From NCBI GenBank assembly GCA_963765635.1, contig CAVXXF010000002.1, positions 914,411 through 978,410 on the forward strand: DNA of 64,000 bases. The letters run 5' to 3'. This stretch comes from an uncultured Thermoleophilia bacterium (lineage in GTDB: Bacteria > Actinomycetota > Thermoleophilia > UBA2241). The notes under the pieces were generated by a model that was not told the DNA's origin, did not search any database, and worked only from the letters and a program-made list of their open reading frames with translations. The position numbers were made by a program, and so were the translations under genes. Positions 62,014-64,000 of the stretch are shown one piece after another (the stretch's first letter is position 1; each line of letters starts with the position of its first letter).

Positions 62014-64000
62014 CTACCTGACGGTGAGCACCCTGCTGAGACCTGTAGCGTCGCCGGCCCAGGCAGACGTCGGAGCCGTGTAGGCCCGGAACCGGTACTT
62101 ACCCTTCTTGGTCAGCTTCATCTTCACGCTGTACCTGCTGCTGTCGCCGCTGTCGGCGTTGACAGCCCAGACCTGACTGCTGGAGATCCAGTGGCGGTTC
62201 TTGTACTTGTACAGCTTCACGGCGACGGTCTTCCGCCCGGCCGGCAGCTGCGGGGAGAGCGTGCCGGAAACGCTAAACGACCGTCCCGCCCTCACCGACG
62301 ACGGCACCTTGGGTGTGCCCAAGATCGGCCGCACGCTCACACGCACCACGAAGCTGATCGAGCCACCGTAGCCCGAGCCGGCGCCAGCCATGAAGCGCAG
62401 CCTGTAGTAGCTTGGGCCCGTGGGTGTGACCGTCGACGTGAACGTGCCCACGGAGCCGGCGACGGAGCTCGTCGTGGGCGTCTCCAGGTCCACCCACGGT
62501 CCTGTGGCGGATGAGGCGGATTGCACGATGACCGGCCGGTCGCCCATACCCACTTCGTGGAGTGGATCGCCTGAATCGTAGAGAACGCCACTCAGCAGCG
62601 TGGAGCTCCCATAGTCCACCGTGGCCTCCCCCACGCTGATCGACAGTCTCGTCTGAATACCCGGAGCGAACGTGGCGCTGATGGTGTGGTTCGCCGAGAC
62701 GGCCGTGAAGGTGTAGCTGGTCACCGGGCCCACCGAGACGCCGTCGACGAGGACGTCGGCGACGTAGTAGCCCGTCGCCGGCGTGATGGTGAAGGTCTGG
62801 GCGGCGCCGTGGTCGACGGTCTGCGGCGTGTTGGGGCTGATGGTGCCGTTGGCGCCAGCGCTCGGCGTGATCGTGTAGGTGTTGATGGCGAAGGTGGCGC
62901 TGATCGTGTGCGCAGCCGTGACGTTGGTGAAGGTATAGGAGGTCACGGCGCCCACGGATCTGCCGTCGACCAGCACGTCGGCGACGTGGTAGCCGGTCGC
63001 GGGGGTGATCGTGAAAGCCTGCTCGGCGCCGTGGTTGACGGTCTGGGCCGCGTTGGGGCCGATGCTGCCGTTCGCGCCGGCGCTCGGCGTGATCGTGTAG
63101 GTGTTGATGGCGAAGGTGGCGGTGACGCTGAGATTTGCCGTGACGTTGGCGTCTGTCCGGGTGGCGGTGAGCCCGCCGTCGCTCCAGCTGACGAAGCTGT
63201 AGCCGGTGTTCGGCACGGCCGTCACCGGCGTGCCACTTGCCATATAGTTGACCGTCTGCGTCGCCTCTCCCGAGATCGTGCCGTTCGCGAGCGCCGTGTA
63301 GGTGAGCGTGAAGGCATCGATGGCGAAGGTCGCGCTGATCGTGTGGCCGGCGGTGACGTTGGTGAACGTGTAGCTGGCGAGCGGGCCCACGGAGGCGCCG
63401 TCGACGAGCACATCGGCGATGTGGTAGTTGGCGTCCGCGGTGATGGTGAAGGTCCGGGCGGCGCCGTGGTTGACCGAGACGGCGCCAAGCGGCGTGATGC
63501 CGCCGCCGGGGCCGGCGCTGGCCGTGATGGTGTAGGCATCGATGGCGAAGCTGGCACTGATCGAGTGGTTGGCGGTGACGTTGTTGAAGGTGTAGGAGGT
63601 CACAGCGCCCACAGAGTTGCCGTCGACCAGCACACCGGCGATGTGGTAGTTGGCATCCGCGGTGATGGTGAAGGTCCGGGCGGCGCCCTGGTTGACCGAG
63701 ACGGCGCCGCTCGGCGAGATGTTGCCGCCGGGGCCGGCGCTGGCCGTGATGGTGTAGGTGGTGAGGGCGAAGGTGGCGCTGATCGAGTGGTCGGCGGTGA
63801 CGTTGCTGAAGCTATGGGAGGTCACGGCGCCCACGGAGACGCCGTCGACAAGCACGTCGGCGATGTGGTAGCCGCTCAGCGGGGCGATGGTGAAAGCCTG
63901 ACTTGAGCCGTCGGTGACCTCGACCGCGCCGCTCGGCGAGATGTTGCCGCCGGGGCCGGCGCTGGCCGTGATGGTGTAGGTGGTGAGGGCGAAGGTGGCG
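62014..64000 (-). CDS. large secreted protein with tandem ~92-aa Ig-like repeats (InlB B-repeat / bacterial Ig-like); the gene continues beyond the window
   Basis: Open frame to the window edge. At least five repeats of YTITASAGPGG.I.P.GAVSVN.GAARTFTITADANYHIADVLVDG.SVG...SYTFTNVTA.H.ISA.FAI. Confidence 0.6.
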   Translation of the reverse strand, partial: ATFALTTYTITASAGPGGNISPSGAVEVTDGSSQAFTIAPLSGYHIADVLVDGVSVGAVTSHSFSNVTADHSISATFALTTYTITASAGPGGNISPSGAVSVNQGAARTFTITADANYHIAGVLVDGNSVGAVTSYTFNNVTANHSISASFAIDAYTITASAGPGGGITPLGAVSVNHGAARTFTITADANYHIADVLVDGASVGPLASYTFTNVTAGHTISATFAIDAFTLTYTALANGTISGEATQTVNYMASGTPVTAVPNTGYSFVSWSDGGLTATRTDANVTANLSVTATFAINTYTITPSAGANGSIGPNAAQTVNHGAEQAFTITPATGYHVADVLVDGRSVGAVTSYTFTNVTAAHTISATFAINTYTITPSAGANGTISPNTPQTVDHGAAQTFTITPATGYYVADVLVDGVSVGPVTSYTFTAVSANHTISATFAPGIQTRLSISVGEATVDYGSSTLLSGVLYDSGDPLHEVGMGDRPVIVQSASSATGPWVDLETPTTSSVAGSVGTFTSTVTPTGPSYYRLRFMAGAGSGYGGSISFVVRVSVRPILGTPKVPSSVRAGRSFSVSGTLSPQLPAGRKTVAVKLYKYKNRHWISSSQVWAVNADSGDSSRYSVKMKLTKKGKYRFRAYTAPTSAWAGDATGLSRVLTVR
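62690..64000. repeat. tandem DNA repeats (about 276 bp unit) encoding the Ig-like domains
   Basis: Recurrent near-identical segments (e.g. GGCGCCCACGGAG...GTCGACGAGCAC) are visible in the sequence. Confidence 0.55.

Overview
This is a high-GC (about 70%) bacterial chromosome segment with an Actinobacteria-like conserved backbone. From the left it runs pepR-like peptidase (partial), dapB, dapA, rnj, ftsK, an HTH/RodZ-like gene, yajQ, rimO, pgsA, cinA, thpR, recA and recX. On the right it continues rny, miaB, Memo-like, AMMECR1, miaA, dapF, dapL-like, hflX, dut, a NUDIX gene, apt, a MerR gene, an FHA (GarA-like) gene, mglB/mglA, VanW, manC/manB-like, tRNA-Pro and proS.

A roughly 22 kb block with lower GC (about 60%) sits between recX and rny. 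It encodes a complete methylamine:corrinoid methyltransferase system: mtmB-mtmC, mtbB-mtbC and mttB-mttC, plus a RamA/RACo-type corrinoid activase, APC and SSS permeases, three UspA genes, two HEAT-repeat proteins and a glutaredoxin.

Each of the three methyltransferase genes (mtmB, mtbB, mttB) is interrupted by a single in-frame TAG. In each case the TAG falls at the position of pyrrolysine in the Methanosarcina enzymes, and the downstream ORF continues in the same frame. This is the hallmark of UAG-to-pyrrolysine decoding. No pylT/pylS/pylBCD genes are visible in this window. TAG is also an ordinary stop codon for about one third of the genes here.

Several genes in the right half carry single-base frameshifts: miaB, a QueG-like Fe-S protein, the Memo-like gene and the MerR gene (twice). 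These are either true pseudogenes or indel sequencing errors.

RNase Y together with RNase J, an MglA/MglB GTPase pair and the actinobacterial synteny suggest a deep-branching high-GC Gram-positive lineage, for example Thermoleophilia or Rubrobacteria-like. That is inference only.
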